A DNA stretch of 64,000 nt from an uncultured virus (IMG/VR IMGVR_UViG_3300048502_000073). Its lineage: Duplodnaviria; Heunggongvirae; Uroviricota; Caudoviricetes. Shown here piece after piece: positions 1 through 9,700 of this stretch (position 1 is its first letter; each line of letters starts with the position of its first letter). The DNA is taken from IMG/VR virus record IMGVR_UViG_3300048502_000073; one strand, given 5' to 3'. Position numbers and translations under genes: made by a program. Below the pieces are notes generated by a model, which did not search any database, was not told the DNA's origin, and saw only the letters and a program-made list of their open reading frames with translations.

Positions 1-1
1 G

Positions 2-304
2 TCACCGGAGCTTCCCGGGACGGCGAGGCCACATCATGAATGCCGCGACGGCATAGACGACGCACGCCAGCGCGCCGTATATGACAAGCAGGTCGACGAT
101 CGAAAGGCCAAGATGGCCGATCGTCGCGGCCACGTCGAGCGTGCCGGGCGGCGCGGCTACGGTGCCTGGCGTGAGCGTAATGGTCAAGCATCCAGTCGTC
201 GGATCGGTGGCAACCACGCCGGGCGGCAAAGCTATGGTGCCGCCGCCGGCCGTTTTCATCGCAGAGATGGCAGCGTCGATGCACATGACGGTGTTCATCG
301 TCAT
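2..304 (-). CDS. Hypothetical membrane protein
   Basis: C-terminal hydrophobic helix followed by a basic tail; AAAGGGA upstream. Confidence 0.55.
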   Translation of the reverse strand: MTMNTVMCIDAAISAMKTAGGGTIALPPGVVATDPTTGCLTITLTPGTVAAPPGTLDVAATIGHLGLSIVDLLVIYGALACVVYAVAAFMMWPRRPGKLR

Positions 305-344
305 CCCTTTATCTTAAACGCTCCGCGATCAGTCGTCAGCGGCT

Positions 345-863
345 TTACAGCCCCGCCACCTGCAACAGATCCTGCTCCGCCCCGAACAGTCGAGCGGCGT
401 GCGCCCGAACATCCGGCCGCTTCACCAGAACCTTTACCGCGTCCTTGTCCAGACGGGACGCATGCTGGATCATCGCTGGGAGCAACACATCGGGCTTCTC
501 GCCGCTCTTGGCCGCGCTGTGATGCGCAAGAGCGTGGGCGATGGCGAGCCGATCGTTCGATAGACCCGGCGTTGCGACAGCAACCCGGCTATTCACCAGG
601 TCATCGAACGCCGCTGCGTGATCGTCAGAGTCCCGGAGATGTGCCACAAACCCCTTCATGGTCAGGGCAGCGCGGATATCCGCACTTTCGACATTCCCGA
701 GATCGTATGTCGCGATGTGAGCCCCGCTCGGGTCATGGATGGCCACAGTCTTCTGGGCGTGGTCCACAACCAGCTTCCGCTTCTTCCGCGTGCTCTCTGC
801 CGGCGTGGCGGATACCGGGGCGGTTTCCACATCTGCTTGCTCAACCACTAGTCCGTCGTTCAT
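345..863 (-). CDS. Hypothetical protein
   Basis: ORF co-oriented with the recombination genes; likely start MNDGLVVEQ. Confidence 0.6.
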   Translation of the reverse strand: MNDGLVVEQADVETAPVSATPAESTRKKRKLVVDHAQKTVAIHDPSGAHIATYDLGNVESADIRAALTMKGFVAHLRDSDDHAAAFDDLVNSRVAVATPGLSNDRLAIAHALAHHSAAKSGEKPDVLLPAMIQHASRLDKDAVKVLVKRPDVRAHAARLFGAEQDLLQVAGL

Positions 864-904
864 ATCTCGTCCGATCGTTGAATGGAGGCGACTGTCTAAC
901 GATA

Positions 905-1597
905 TCACTCTGGCTCTGCAAGTCTATCTGCATATTCCGTCTCGTGCGGCGACAATATTTCTACCATGGCCTGCCATGGACCCGCCGCCCTCGCACGCAG
1001 TGTCCACTCTTCCAGCTCATCGCTGAACTGCTCCAGGCAATCCGACAGCTTCTTGATGAACACCTCATCCCGCCCGCTCTCGACCATGTAGTCAGGGCAC
1101 CGAGGCTCATACGAGAAGAATATCGCCTTATCCGCCTCGCACACGAGCAACTGCCCCTGGCGCTGGCAAATGTAGGCGTCGTTGTCACCGAAGATGATCC
1201 GCTCCATCTGGACGGGTATCGTCGGACTCTTCACCTCGCAAACGATGTCCCAGCCAGCGCTGATCCGATCAGGTGACGCGCCGAACCGCCCGTCAGTGGT
1301 CTTGACGATGCCAACGGGGATAGTGTCGATATCATATACGAATTCCATCTTGCGAACCGCAATCGGTTCGTTGGCCTTGCCGTTCTGTATGTTCTCCAAA
1401 TTGTCCAGGGACGTTGACTGCCAGTTCAGCAATCGCTCTGCAATCAGCCGGCAGGCGTATTTCTTCCGGCTCTCGCTCATCCGGTGGGTCTTGGGCGTCA
1501 TGACCTCGTGGAACATGCTCGCTGTTGGGACGCCGGCCCGCGCCTTATACCAGCCCGGTGTTCCCTGTAGGTTCTGGAAATCAAAGATTGGCATCAT
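905..1597 (-). CDS. YqaJ/lambda-exonuclease family recombination nuclease
   Basis: QGTPGWYKARAGVPTAS, GKANEP, GASPD, CEVKSP and YxxQxQGQL motifs. Confidence 0.92.
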   Translation of the reverse strand: MMPIFDFQNLQGTPGWYKARAGVPTASMFHEVMTPKTHRMSESRKKYACRLIAERLLNWQSTSLDNLENIQNGKANEPIAVRKMEFVYDIDTIPVGIVKTTDGRFGASPDRISAGWDIVCEVKSPTIPVQMERIIFGDNDAYICQRQGQLLVCEADKAIFFSYEPRCPDYMVESGRDEVFIKKLSDCLEQFSDELEEWTLRARAAGPWQAMVEILSPHETEYADRLAEPE

Positions 1598-1718
1598 CGT
1601 CTCCCGGATCAGGATTGTTTACGCTCAGCCATGCCCAGATATAGGCCCCTATGATGGAGTAAGCGCAGACGTAGAAGACGATGACGCCGCCGATCGCCCA
1701 GCCGAGTATCCTCATCAT
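1581..1718 (-). CDS. Small single-pass membrane peptide (45 aa; not in ORF track)
   Basis: MMRILGWAIGGVIVFYVCAYSIIGAYIWAWLSVNNPDPGDDDANL; start overlaps the ERF stop and it fills the ERF-YqaJ gap. Confidence 0.55.
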   Translation of the reverse strand: MMRILGWAIGGVIVFYVCAYSIIGAYIWAWLSVNNPDPGDDDANL

Positions 1719-2497
1719 GGTGCTGCTGCCTTCTTTCGGTTTTGGGCAATCTTCGCCTCCAGCGCAGACTTGATCTGGAGGAACGGCTGGCCCTGCTGAA
1801 CGTCCTCAAACGAGTCCGCGTCGAGGAACAGCCGCGCCAGCACTGTCGTCTCCTCCTGCCCTGCCTCGTGGCACAGAGCCCGCAGCACCTCGACCTGATC
1901 CGGGCCGATCGGCACCATCCCGCCGCGCACGCCGTCGTCGTCCTGGTTCTTGAAGACGACGTTGAAGATGCCGCATGCGAGGTAGCGCTTCAGAAACGTC
2001 TCGGTTGACCCGCCGCCATGCAGCGCGGTCTTGGTCGGCGTCCCCTTTGGCCCCAGCGTGTCAGCCGGCGCCTCGCGGTAGAACCGTTCCGAGTGCCCGC
2101 CGACGTGGGCGCACCGGCACTCGATGCGGACATGGCCGGGCGTCAGCGGCGCCACGGTGTTGTAGGAGAGCGAGAAGCCGTGCCGCAGGTAGATCGGCCG
2201 GATAGCCCGATCGACCTCCTCCAGCTTGGCGTAAAAGCTGTTGGTTTGCTTGTTCTCAGTGGTTCGCGCGACCGGTTGGATTTCCAACTGCGCGACGTTC
2301 ATGGCCGCGTTGAACGCGGTCTCAGCCTGCCGCGCCTGCTCCCGCTCCTGCCAAGCCACGAGGCGGTCGAACATCTCCGGGTTGGTGCCTGGGTTGGACG
2401 CCAGCTCGACCACCTTGGCGAAGATCGGACTGGCATCGGCGGGGGTAGCCAGGCCTGACGGCGGAATCACCGCCAGGCCCTTGGTATCGTCGGTCAC
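1715..2497 (-). CDS. ERF-family single-strand annealing protein
   Basis: FNAAM...NSFYAKLEEVDRAIRPIYLRHGFSLS...HVGGHSE...GSTETFLKRY...DDDG; adjacent to YqaJ; GTG start. Confidence 0.88.
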   Translation of the reverse strand: MTDDTKGLAVIPPSGLATPADASPIFAKVVELASNPGTNPEMFDRLVAWQEREQARQAETAFNAAMNVAQLEIQPVARTTENKQTNSFYAKLEEVDRAIRPIYLRHGFSLSYNTVAPLTPGHVRIECRCAHVGGHSERFYREAPADTLGPKGTPTKTALHGGGSTETFLKRYLACGIFNVVFKNQDDDGVRGGMVPIGPDQVEVLRALCHEAGQEETTVLARLFLDADSFEDVQQGQPFLQIKSALEAKIAQNRKKAAAP

Positions 2498-3156
2498 TCT
2501 TTCACGCCGTCGGTCATCATCCCCGACGGGGCAGGCGGGCAGTAGGCCTTCGGGTGCTTGATTTTCTTCACCACTGGCTCTGGAGAATGGCAGGCGCCGC
2601 TTGCGTCCCGCCATTTCGGCATCGTGCAATCCGTGACAGGCACGGGCTGGATGACCGGCATGACGACGGGAACAGGGACGGCCTGCACCGCGGCGAACGC
2701 CTCTTTCACGCCGTCTATGTTCTGCTCGGCGTAGGCGATGGCAGCGGCCTGATTACCGAGCCGAAATAGCAGTTCAGTGACCTTCCGTTTGTTACAGTCA
2801 GAACTGATCCAAGAGGGGCCGAACCCGCCTCCCCCACCAAGGCCGCTGCCGCCGGCACCGAACCCGACCGTGGGACAATCGTTACCGCCTCCGCCGATCG
2901 ATGGTAGTGCGATGTCGGGAGCCATGCGAAAGTTGCCGCCGGAATTGCCGCCGCCAGCACCAGAAATGGAAATAGTGTTGGTTGCATTGGCTTTCCCCAC
3001 CGCATTCGACGTTGACAGTTGCGTCTGCCACTGCTGTTGGTCGGCTTGGCTGGTGGCGTGGTTGTTGTTGACGTTCGCCGTGTTGTTCGTAGTGTCCCAC
3101 GCAAATGCCGGTGTTGCGAATAAACCGACAGCCGCGATTGCAAGTAGCGCTTTCAT
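2494..3156 (-). CDS. Secreted hypothetical protein
   Basis: Signal peptide MKALLAIAAVGLFATPAFA; Gly/Asn-rich with Cys pairs; AAGGGA RBS. Confidence 0.7.
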   Translation of the reverse strand: MKALLAIAAVGLFATPAFAWDTTNNTANVNNNHATSQADQQQWQTQLSTSNAVGKANATNTISISGAGGGNSGGNFRMAPDIALPSIGGGGNDCPTVGFGAGGSGLGGGGGFGPSWISSDCNKRKVTELLFRLGNQAAAIAYAEQNIDGVKEAFAAVQAVPVPVVMPVIQPVPVTDCTMPKWRDASGACHSPEPVVKKIKHPKAYCPPAPSGMMTDGVKE

Positions 3157-3172
3157 TTCCCTTTTGTCCCTT

Positions 3173-3222
3173 TTGACATTGCCGTCAAAGAGACGTATAT
3201 GAGACGGCGCATTTACGGTCAA
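3173..3222. promoter_or_regulatory. Overlapping divergent sigma70-type promoters
   Basis: + strand TTGACA(3173)-17-TATATG(3196); - strand TTGACC(3222)-17-TATACG(3199). Confidence 0.7.
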
Positions 3223-3235
3223 GGAGATTTTTTGA

Positions 3236-3403
3236 ATGATGGAAGAATGGAGCGATTTCGATAAAGCGAAGCACGACCTGAATAATGCCCGACAGCATCT
3301 CAGTCTCGCGTTGGAGCTAAATCTAGAGGACGAAAAGATATCCGAAGCGCTGGAACGCGTTGACCTCGCCCAGCGCTTATTCGACAAAATCAGTCGGCGT
3401 TGA
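3236..3403 (+). CDS. Small helical protein (55 aa; not in ORF track)
   Basis: AAGGAG RBS at 3221, promoter upstream; MMEEWSDFDKAKHDLNNARQHL... Confidence 0.6.
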   Translation: MMEEWSDFDKAKHDLNNARQHLSLALELNLEDEKISEALERVDLAQRLFDKISRR

Positions 3404-3766
3404 CCGATTGCCATGCCTGATAGGCTGCTTCCAGGTCTTCGCAGTCATACCATGCTTCTTCACTTTCCCCGACGAACCATGTCCATATATCTGGACTATA
3501 CCGAGTATACGACTCGCCGTCGGAAAACGTGACGATTTCGCCGTATCTTGGCCTCACTTGTTGAACGCTCAGCTCGCTCGTCATTTCGAGTCCTCCCCGT
3601 TCGGGATATTCCTGACCGATCCGTCTTTCTTGCCCGTCCACGGCTTCATGGGGGTCACGCTCTGCTTGGATGTCTCATTCAGCAGACCGCCCCAGCCGTA
3701 TCCGCCCTTGCCATGGTCGTGGTCGCGGTTCCAATCCGGTTCGCCCGGCTCGCCCTTGGGGTTCAT
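3390..3766 (-). CDS. Two small hypothetical proteins (about 3390-3587 and 3581-3766)
   Basis: Overlapping short ORFs continuing the minus-strand operon. Confidence 0.4.
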
Positions 3767-4047
3767 GGTGTCGGGACCTTCGCATTGAGCATGTTGGTTT
3801 TCTTGTCACTGCCGGCCGACGAACCGAGCCAGTAGTTCACCACCGCTCCGCCCATCGTCACAGCCGCGCCCTGCATCAGCTCCAGGCCGGTCTTGGTCAG
3901 GTAGGCGATCACGAAGGCCGCGGCAAAAATCAGGAGGGCCATCGCGCTGATGACCGTCTTTGCCCATGATGGTTCGTCATGAGTCGCGGCCACCGGCACA
4001 ACGGGCGTCGGGAGCGGGAAGGCTGACGGCGGCGGCTGGTCGCTCAT
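3763..4047 (-). CDS. Holin-like two-TM membrane protein
   Basis: Two hydrophobic helices, then VVNYWLGSSAGSDKK, a C-terminus typical of small phage membrane/holin proteins. Confidence 0.6.
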   Translation of the reverse strand: MSDQPPPSAFPLPTPVVPVAATHDEPSWAKTVISAMALLIFAAAFVIAYLTKTGLELMQGAAVTMGGAVVNYWLGSSAGSDKKTNMLNAKVPTP

Positions 4048-4355
4048 TAATGAAATACCCTGGTGTACCAAGCGATGACGATACCCGTGATAGCAACTCC
4101 CGACGAGAAAATCCAGGTTACCGCTCTGACCAAACCCGTTCGCTGTGCTTCTAGCTCCAGAAGACGATCCAGCTTCTCGTCCTGCCCGTCGATTTTTTTT
4201 GAAAGCTCGGCAAGCGCTGACCTCATTTCGACCTCAGCGCGCCTGGACCATTCTTCCAGCTTGCTGACACGGCCTTCTAGTCTCGCGAGGTCTACTTCCA
4301 GATTGGAGGGCAACTGCAATCGTCCCGATTGGTTCCGCGCTCTGCACTCTATCAA
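4047..4355 (-). CDS. Coiled-coil protein with C-terminal TM helix (possible lysis-cassette protein)
   Basis: LARLEGRVSKLEE heptads plus C-terminal hydrophobic segment; start uncertain. Confidence 0.55.
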   Translation of the reverse strand: MIECRARNQSGRLQLPSNLEVDLARLEGRVSKLEEWSRRAEVEMRSALAELSKKIDGQDEKLDRLLELEAQRTGLVRAVTWIFSSGVAITGIVIAWYTRVFH

Positions 4356-4392
4356 CTCCTGCCAGTAAACAGAACCTGAACGGTTGGAAGCG

Positions 4393-4421
4393 TTGACATA
4401 GCGTCAAAGACACGTTAATTC
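4393..4421 (+). promoter_or_regulatory. Promoter/operator of a leaderless RHH gene
   Basis: TTGACA-17-TAATTC ending 7 nt before ATG 4429; palindromes TTGAC-N5-GTCAA and ACGTT-N5-AACGT. Confidence 0.6.
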
Positions 4422-4428
4422 AACGTCT

Positions 4429-4602
4429 ATGAAGGAACATCGGATCGAATTTAGAGTGACCGACGAGGAAAAACGCGTGCTTGAGCGGGCAGCCGCCTTG
4501 TCTCACGCATCTTTGCTCCGGACGTGGATCAAGATGAAGATATTCGAGGTCGCGCACAAGGCGATAGATGCCTCGACCAAACGCCAACAAGGGGACAACT
4601 AA
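4429..4602 (+). CDS. Ribbon-helix-helix regulator (DUF1778/MobC-like, 57 aa; not in ORF track)
   Basis: MKEHRIEFRVTDEEKRVLERAAALSHASLLRTWIK: beta-strand followed by two helices. Confidence 0.75.
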   Translation: MKEHRIEFRVTDEEKRVLERAAALSHASLLRTWIKMKIFEVAHKAIDASTKRQQGDN

Positions 4603-4603
4603 T

Positions 4604-4900
4604 ATGCGTGGTATTTTGGCCATCGTCATTCTTCCAGCCTTATATGTGCCGGTCGCTTTCGCGGGTGACCCCCAGCACGGGATGCCGATGCAGCCACCTC
4701 CGGTCAAGGCGAGCCCCGGCGAACTTGCCGCCCAGGCGCTGCTTGCGCGCGAACAACAGAGCCTGAAGGAGCAGGTTGCCGATTGGTTCCGTCAAAAGGA
4801 AGAGATCGACCGACTCACCAAGGTCAACGCGGACCTTCAGATGAAGAACAACGAGCTGATGTCTGCCGCGGAGAAGCCGGCGGCGGAGCCGCCGAAGTAA
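4604..4900 (+). CDS. Secreted coiled-coil protein
   Basis: Signal peptide MRGILAIVILPALYVPVAFA; GGGG RBS. Confidence 0.65.
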   Translation: MRGILAIVILPALYVPVAFAGDPQHGMPMQPPPVKASPGELAAQALLAREQQSLKEQVADWFRQKEEIDRLTKVNADLQMKNNELMSAAEKPAAEPPK

Positions 4901-4904
4901 GGGC

Positions 4905-6728
4905 TTAGGTCACAGGCGTGAAGCTGATGAAGTGGCTGCCGTTGAAAATAAACCAATAATCAGCGGCGGCCGTCGTGTTCGTCGCCAACGTGTCGCCCGC
5001 ATCATCCTGGATCGTGAGCGTCCCTGACGCCGAACCCGCCTGCCGGCGCACGTGGACCGTCGACCCCACTGCGACCGGCTGATTGCCGGTGACCGCCTGG
5101 ACAGCCTGCAGCGTGAGCGTGAAACTGGTGACAGAGACAGGCACCTCCAGCGTCGCGCCCGTCAATTCACCATAATAGGTGTATGTGGCCGACACCGGGA
5201 TCACGGCCTTGTCCAGATTGGACCCCATGGCGCCCCAGGTGTAGAGTCCCGTCCGTTCCGGCGTCAGGAAGTTTGCCGATGGCATGTGGCTATCGATGAC
5301 CACGTTGCCGGCAAAGCCCGTGCCGGTCGTGTCCTGGAACCGCATCTGGCGGATCGAATAGGTGCCGTTGTCATCGGCCGGCGCGTCGGGGCTGTTCACC
5401 ACGAACGAGGTGGTCACGTTCCCCGATACGGTCTGCAGGAAGTTCAGGGACTGCACCTGGACGTTCGATGGCGTGGCCGACGCGTCTCGGAACGCCTTGG
5501 CGGTGCCGGTGAAGTTGGCGCTCTGCACCACCCAGTTCTTCACGTTCACCGCGCCAAGGCGCACGTCGCTGGCCACGGTCTGCACCAAAATCGGCGAGGC
5601 GCCCGTGCTCTTGATGCCTTCGAGGTGGACGTTCTCCAGGACCGCGCCGACCGCGTCCTCCAGGTCGAGGATCACGTTGCCGCTGATCCAGGAGCACGTC
5701 AGGCCGGTGAACTTCGGCTCGGTCGATATGGTGGTGCCCAGCGTCAGGCAGTAGCCGGACAGCGTCCCGTAGGTCCCCGACACGCCATTGGACAGATACG
5801 TGTTGCTGAAGGTGTTGCTCGGCCCCAGAGCATTGGAAGCGTTCAGCAATGTGCGCTGCGCACCGTTGACGGTGATGTCGCCGAACGAGGACGCGATGAT
5901 GTTGGCATTGCTGCCGTTGTTCAGCAGCAAGCCGTCGTAGCCTGGATACGGGTTGCTCGGCGCCCCCACCGTCAGACCGCTGACCTTGCTGTTTGTCATG
6001 GCGCCGATCTGCACGGTCTCGCTCGAGGTGAGGCCGGACTGCGACACGCCATACTTGAACACGCCGCCGTCGAAATCGACCGCGTTGAATACGTTGGTGC
6101 CCGTCACATCGCCGATCGTCAGGATAGGCCCGCCTGGCGAGGTGCTGTAATACTGGACGAACACGCTGCCAGAGCGGTTGCCGCGCCACGAGAAGCCGCC
6201 GGCGACGTAGGGGATCGAGATGCCGCCCGCGCACGAAATCTCATACACGCCGATCGGCGCGAGAACTTGCAGGCCGTTCGTCTCGGCGTAGCTGATCGCC
6301 GCGTTGATGTTGGTGCAGTTGGTCTGCCTAACGCCGGTCGTCTGGCCGGCGCCGACAGTCACGCCGGGGTAAGTCGCGAGGTTCAGCGTCCCTGCCGACG
6401 GGCTGGAGATGGTATTGCACCCAAAGCCGGTGCCGCTGGTCCAGATCAGGGCGCTGACCGAGGTCGAGCACGAAGGAAGCGCCAGGCCGCTCGGCGTGGT
6501 CGCGGTCAGCGCGCCCAGGACGGTGTTGGCTGACAGTGACGGCAGGTTCGCCAGTCCGATCGTGCCGCACACCGGGGGAACGCCAGAGCCGTTGCCGAAC
6601 AGGAGCTGCGTGGAGGTGCAGGGGGTGTTCTGCAGCGTCGTGGGCACGGTCGTGGTCGTCGGGGTTGCCGCGTGCGCGCCGGTCGCCAGCAGCGTCAGCA
6701 ACCCGAGGATGAGGAAAAGTCTCTGCAT
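4905..6728 (-). CDS. Signal-peptide-bearing tailspike-like beta-helix protein
   Basis: MQRLFLILGLLTLLATGAHA signal; Cys-pair repeat; INAAISYA...PIGVY entry into a pectin-lyase-like body. Confidence 0.7.
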   Translation of the reverse strand: MQRLFLILGLLTLLATGAHAATPTTTTVPTTLQNTPCTSTQLLFGNGSGVPPVCGTIGLANLPSLSANTVLGALTATTPSGLALPSCSTSVSALIWTSGTGFGCNTISSPSAGTLNLATYPGVTVGAGQTTGVRQTNCTNINAAISYAETNGLQVLAPIGVYEISCAGGISIPYVAGGFSWRGNRSGSVFVQYYSTSPGGPILTIGDVTGTNVFNAVDFDGGVFKYGVSQSGLTSSETVQIGAMTNSKVSGLTVGAPSNPYPGYDGLLLNNGSNANIIASSFGDITVNGAQRTLLNASNALGPSNTFSNTYLSNGVSGTYGTLSGYCLTLGTTISTEPKFTGLTCSWISGNVILDLEDAVGAVLENVHLEGIKSTGASPILVQTVASDVRLGAVNVKNWVVQSANFTGTAKAFRDASATPSNVQVQSLNFLQTVSGNVTTSFVVNSPDAPADDNGTYSIRQMRFQDTTGTGFAGNVVIDSHMPSANFLTPERTGLYTWGAMGSNLDKAVIPVSATYTYYGELTGATLEVPVSVTSFTLTLQAVQAVTGNQPVAVGSTVHVRRQAGSASGTLTIQDDAGDTLATNTTAAADYWFIFNGSHFISFTPVT

Positions 6729-6742
6729 GACGGCCTTATACC

Positions 6743-9700
6743 TCATTTCGAGTGCAGCCCAGACGGTCTATTGATCGGCCCAACCTTGGTCGGCCCCAGC
6801 CAAGTGGCGGCGGCATTGGCCTTGTAATACCAGTTCCCGGACGTGTTCAGTTGCCAGATCAGGGCGTTTGCCCAGACAAGTTGCACCACGTTTGCGGTCG
6901 TGGTGTCGGTTGCCCCGTTGACCGATATCTGGCCGCCCGACGTGATCGAGAATTGCTCGCCGAGGGCATCGGTGATCGGCACCCCGACGCTCCGCGTGAT
7001 CGTGAAGTTCGGGCTCGCGGCCGAGCCCGTGACCATGACCGAGGTGTTCGCGGAACCGGTGTTGTTGTGCTGGTCCGTGACCGAGAAGGACACCGTGACG
7101 CTGACCGCGGCGCCGATCGGGTTTGGCCCCGCTGTCCAGGATGCCGGGTTCCCGCCCGACGCAGCGGTGAAGTAGTAGAACTGGCTGGATGTGTTCTCCA
7201 GCCAGACCATGGTCCCGACCAGATAGAGGAATTGCACATTGGCGCTGAACGCCGGCGACGATCCGTTCTCATAGGCAACGCCGCTGACGATCGTCCAGGT
7301 GTTGCCGGACGTGTCCATGAAGGAGCCTGGACTGCCGTTTTCGATCGTGGCAGCAGCCGGTGAACCGATCGGGTTCGTGCCGGCGACCCACGCGCTGCCG
7401 GACCACATATACCACATCTGGGTTGCGTTCACGGACCACACCACGCCGCTGACCAGCGCCATCTCGGTCACGTTGGCGGTGAACTGCCCGTTCGGGAGCA
7501 CGCCGTTGCGCAGCGACTGGCCGCCGGACCCCGTGCCGATCGACCAGATGTAACCGCTGCCGTCCACGAACGTCTCGCCCGTGTTTGCGTAGATGATGGT
7601 CGGACCCGGCACCACGATCGCCATAGTGCTCAGCAGGGAATTCAGCCCCGACAGCAGGCCGGTGAACATGAGGGTGCTTGTGCCCTGGCCGGACGGCTGC
7701 CCGCCGGCATACAGCTTAGCGCCGCTCGAAGCGGTCGCGGTCAGCGTCATCTGATCGTTCGGGTTCCCCGGGTCCGCGGCGGCCACGCCTGAGATCGGTG
7801 TCGTGGTGTTGTAAATCGCGGTTATCGAGCTTGGCGCCGTGACGGTTACCCCCGTGCCGCAGCTTGTCGTGGGGTTGGTCGAGGTCGGCGAGGACCAGGA
7901 ATTGGCGGGGATGCTCTTGTATTCCCATGTGCCGTTGGTCAGCCCTGCCCAGACCAAGCTGCTCACATAGGCCAACTCGTTCACGTTCGAAATCGTGCCG
8001 TCGACGGAGCCGTTGACCACGACTTGGTTGGAGCCATTCAGCGCCCAGGTAGCGGAGGGCGGCCCGGCGGAGGTGATCGCAGGTCCCACAGTGCGCACGA
8101 TGGTGCAGTTGGGCGAAATCGCGCCCGTGACGGTTACAGCGGTGGTGGCCGATCCCGTGGCCGAATGCGCATCCTCCACGGTGAAGGTGAGCGTCGGGTC
8201 TTCGACAACCGCGTCCATAAAGGTCATCGTGCCCAGGAGCGTGTTCAGCGCCGTGAGTGAGCCGGTGAAACTGATCGATCCAGTGCCGTTGCCCGTCGCG
8301 CCCGTCGCTGTGAGTGTCCCGCTTCCGGTGGACGTGCCGGTGAAGCTCATCGTGTCGTTGGGGTATGTCGAGTCTGTGGCGGACACGGAACTCACTGCGG
8401 TGACGGCCCCGGTGACCGCCGACAGGCTCGCGGGCGCGGTCACCACCGGATGTCCGGCGGGAGCAGCAACCGTCACGGGTGTCGAGGAATGCGCCGTCAG
8501 TGAGTGCTGGTCGGACACGGTAAAGGCCAGCGTCGAGGTCTCGACAGCCGAGTCGGTGAACGAGAGCGTCCCGAGCAGCGTGTTAAGTGCGTTCAATGTG
8601 CCCGTGAACGAGATCGAGGCTGTTCCGGACCCCGCCGCGCCGGTCGCCGTCATCTTCCCGCTTCCGGTCGCCGTCGCGCTGAACGTCATCGTATCAGCCG
8701 GATTGGCGGTATCTGACGCCGAGACGGGCGAGATCGCCGTCGCTGTGTTGGTCACCGCGCTCACGGCGGATGGCGACGTGATGGTGAGCGATCCAACGGT
8801 GCAGCTCGCCGTCGGGCTTGTGGTCGTCGGCGCCGACCATGCCTGCGATGGTATTGTCTTTGAATACCAGTTGCCGGCGGTGTTCAATTGCCACACCACG
8901 CCGCTCACGTAGGCCAGTTCGGTCACGTTGGCGGTGGTCGAATCGACTGTCCCGTCCACCACGACCTGGCCGGGCACGCCGGTCAGCGACCACGTGGCCG
9001 ATGGCGGGCCGACAGAGATGATCTGCGGGCCGACTGTCGTGATGATCGTGCAGTTCGAGCTTACCGGCGGTGTGACCGTGACGGCGGTCGTGTCGGTTCC
9101 GCTCAAGGAATGGGCGTCCTCGACGGTAAACGTCAGTGTGGGGTTTTCCGACACGGCATCGATGAACGACACGGTGTTCAGTAGCGTGTTGAGTGCATTC
9201 AGCGAGCCAGTGAATGTGATGGTGCTGGTGCCGTTGCCCGTGGCACCCGTGGCCGTCAGCTTACCGCTGCCGGTGGACGTGCCGGTGAAGGTCTGTGTGT
9301 CGTTCGGATAGGCAGTGTCCGTGGCCGTGATCGGGTTGACGGCGACCGACGCGTTTACCGCAGTCGCCACGCTGATCGGCGAGCTTATGGACGGCTTCGG
9401 CACAAGCGGCCCCTGCCCGGCTGCGATGTAGGCAGCGGTCGTGGTGCCGTAGGGCGAGGTCAGCGCGTTGGTGTCGTTCGTCAGGTTGTTGCAGCAGTCC
9501 CCCGAATCCCAGTTCCACGCAGAAGTCGAGAAACTGGTTTCCTGGACGGCGATGTAGTTGTTCTGGCCACTGGCGTCCTGCGACGTGCCGGTTGTGGACG
9601 GCCCATATTCGAAGATGCCCACCGGCGGCGTGTTGCTGTCGCCGGTCGGGATCGTCTGGTCGGCAGCCACTTCGGACAGGATGTAGTTATAGATCGTGGA

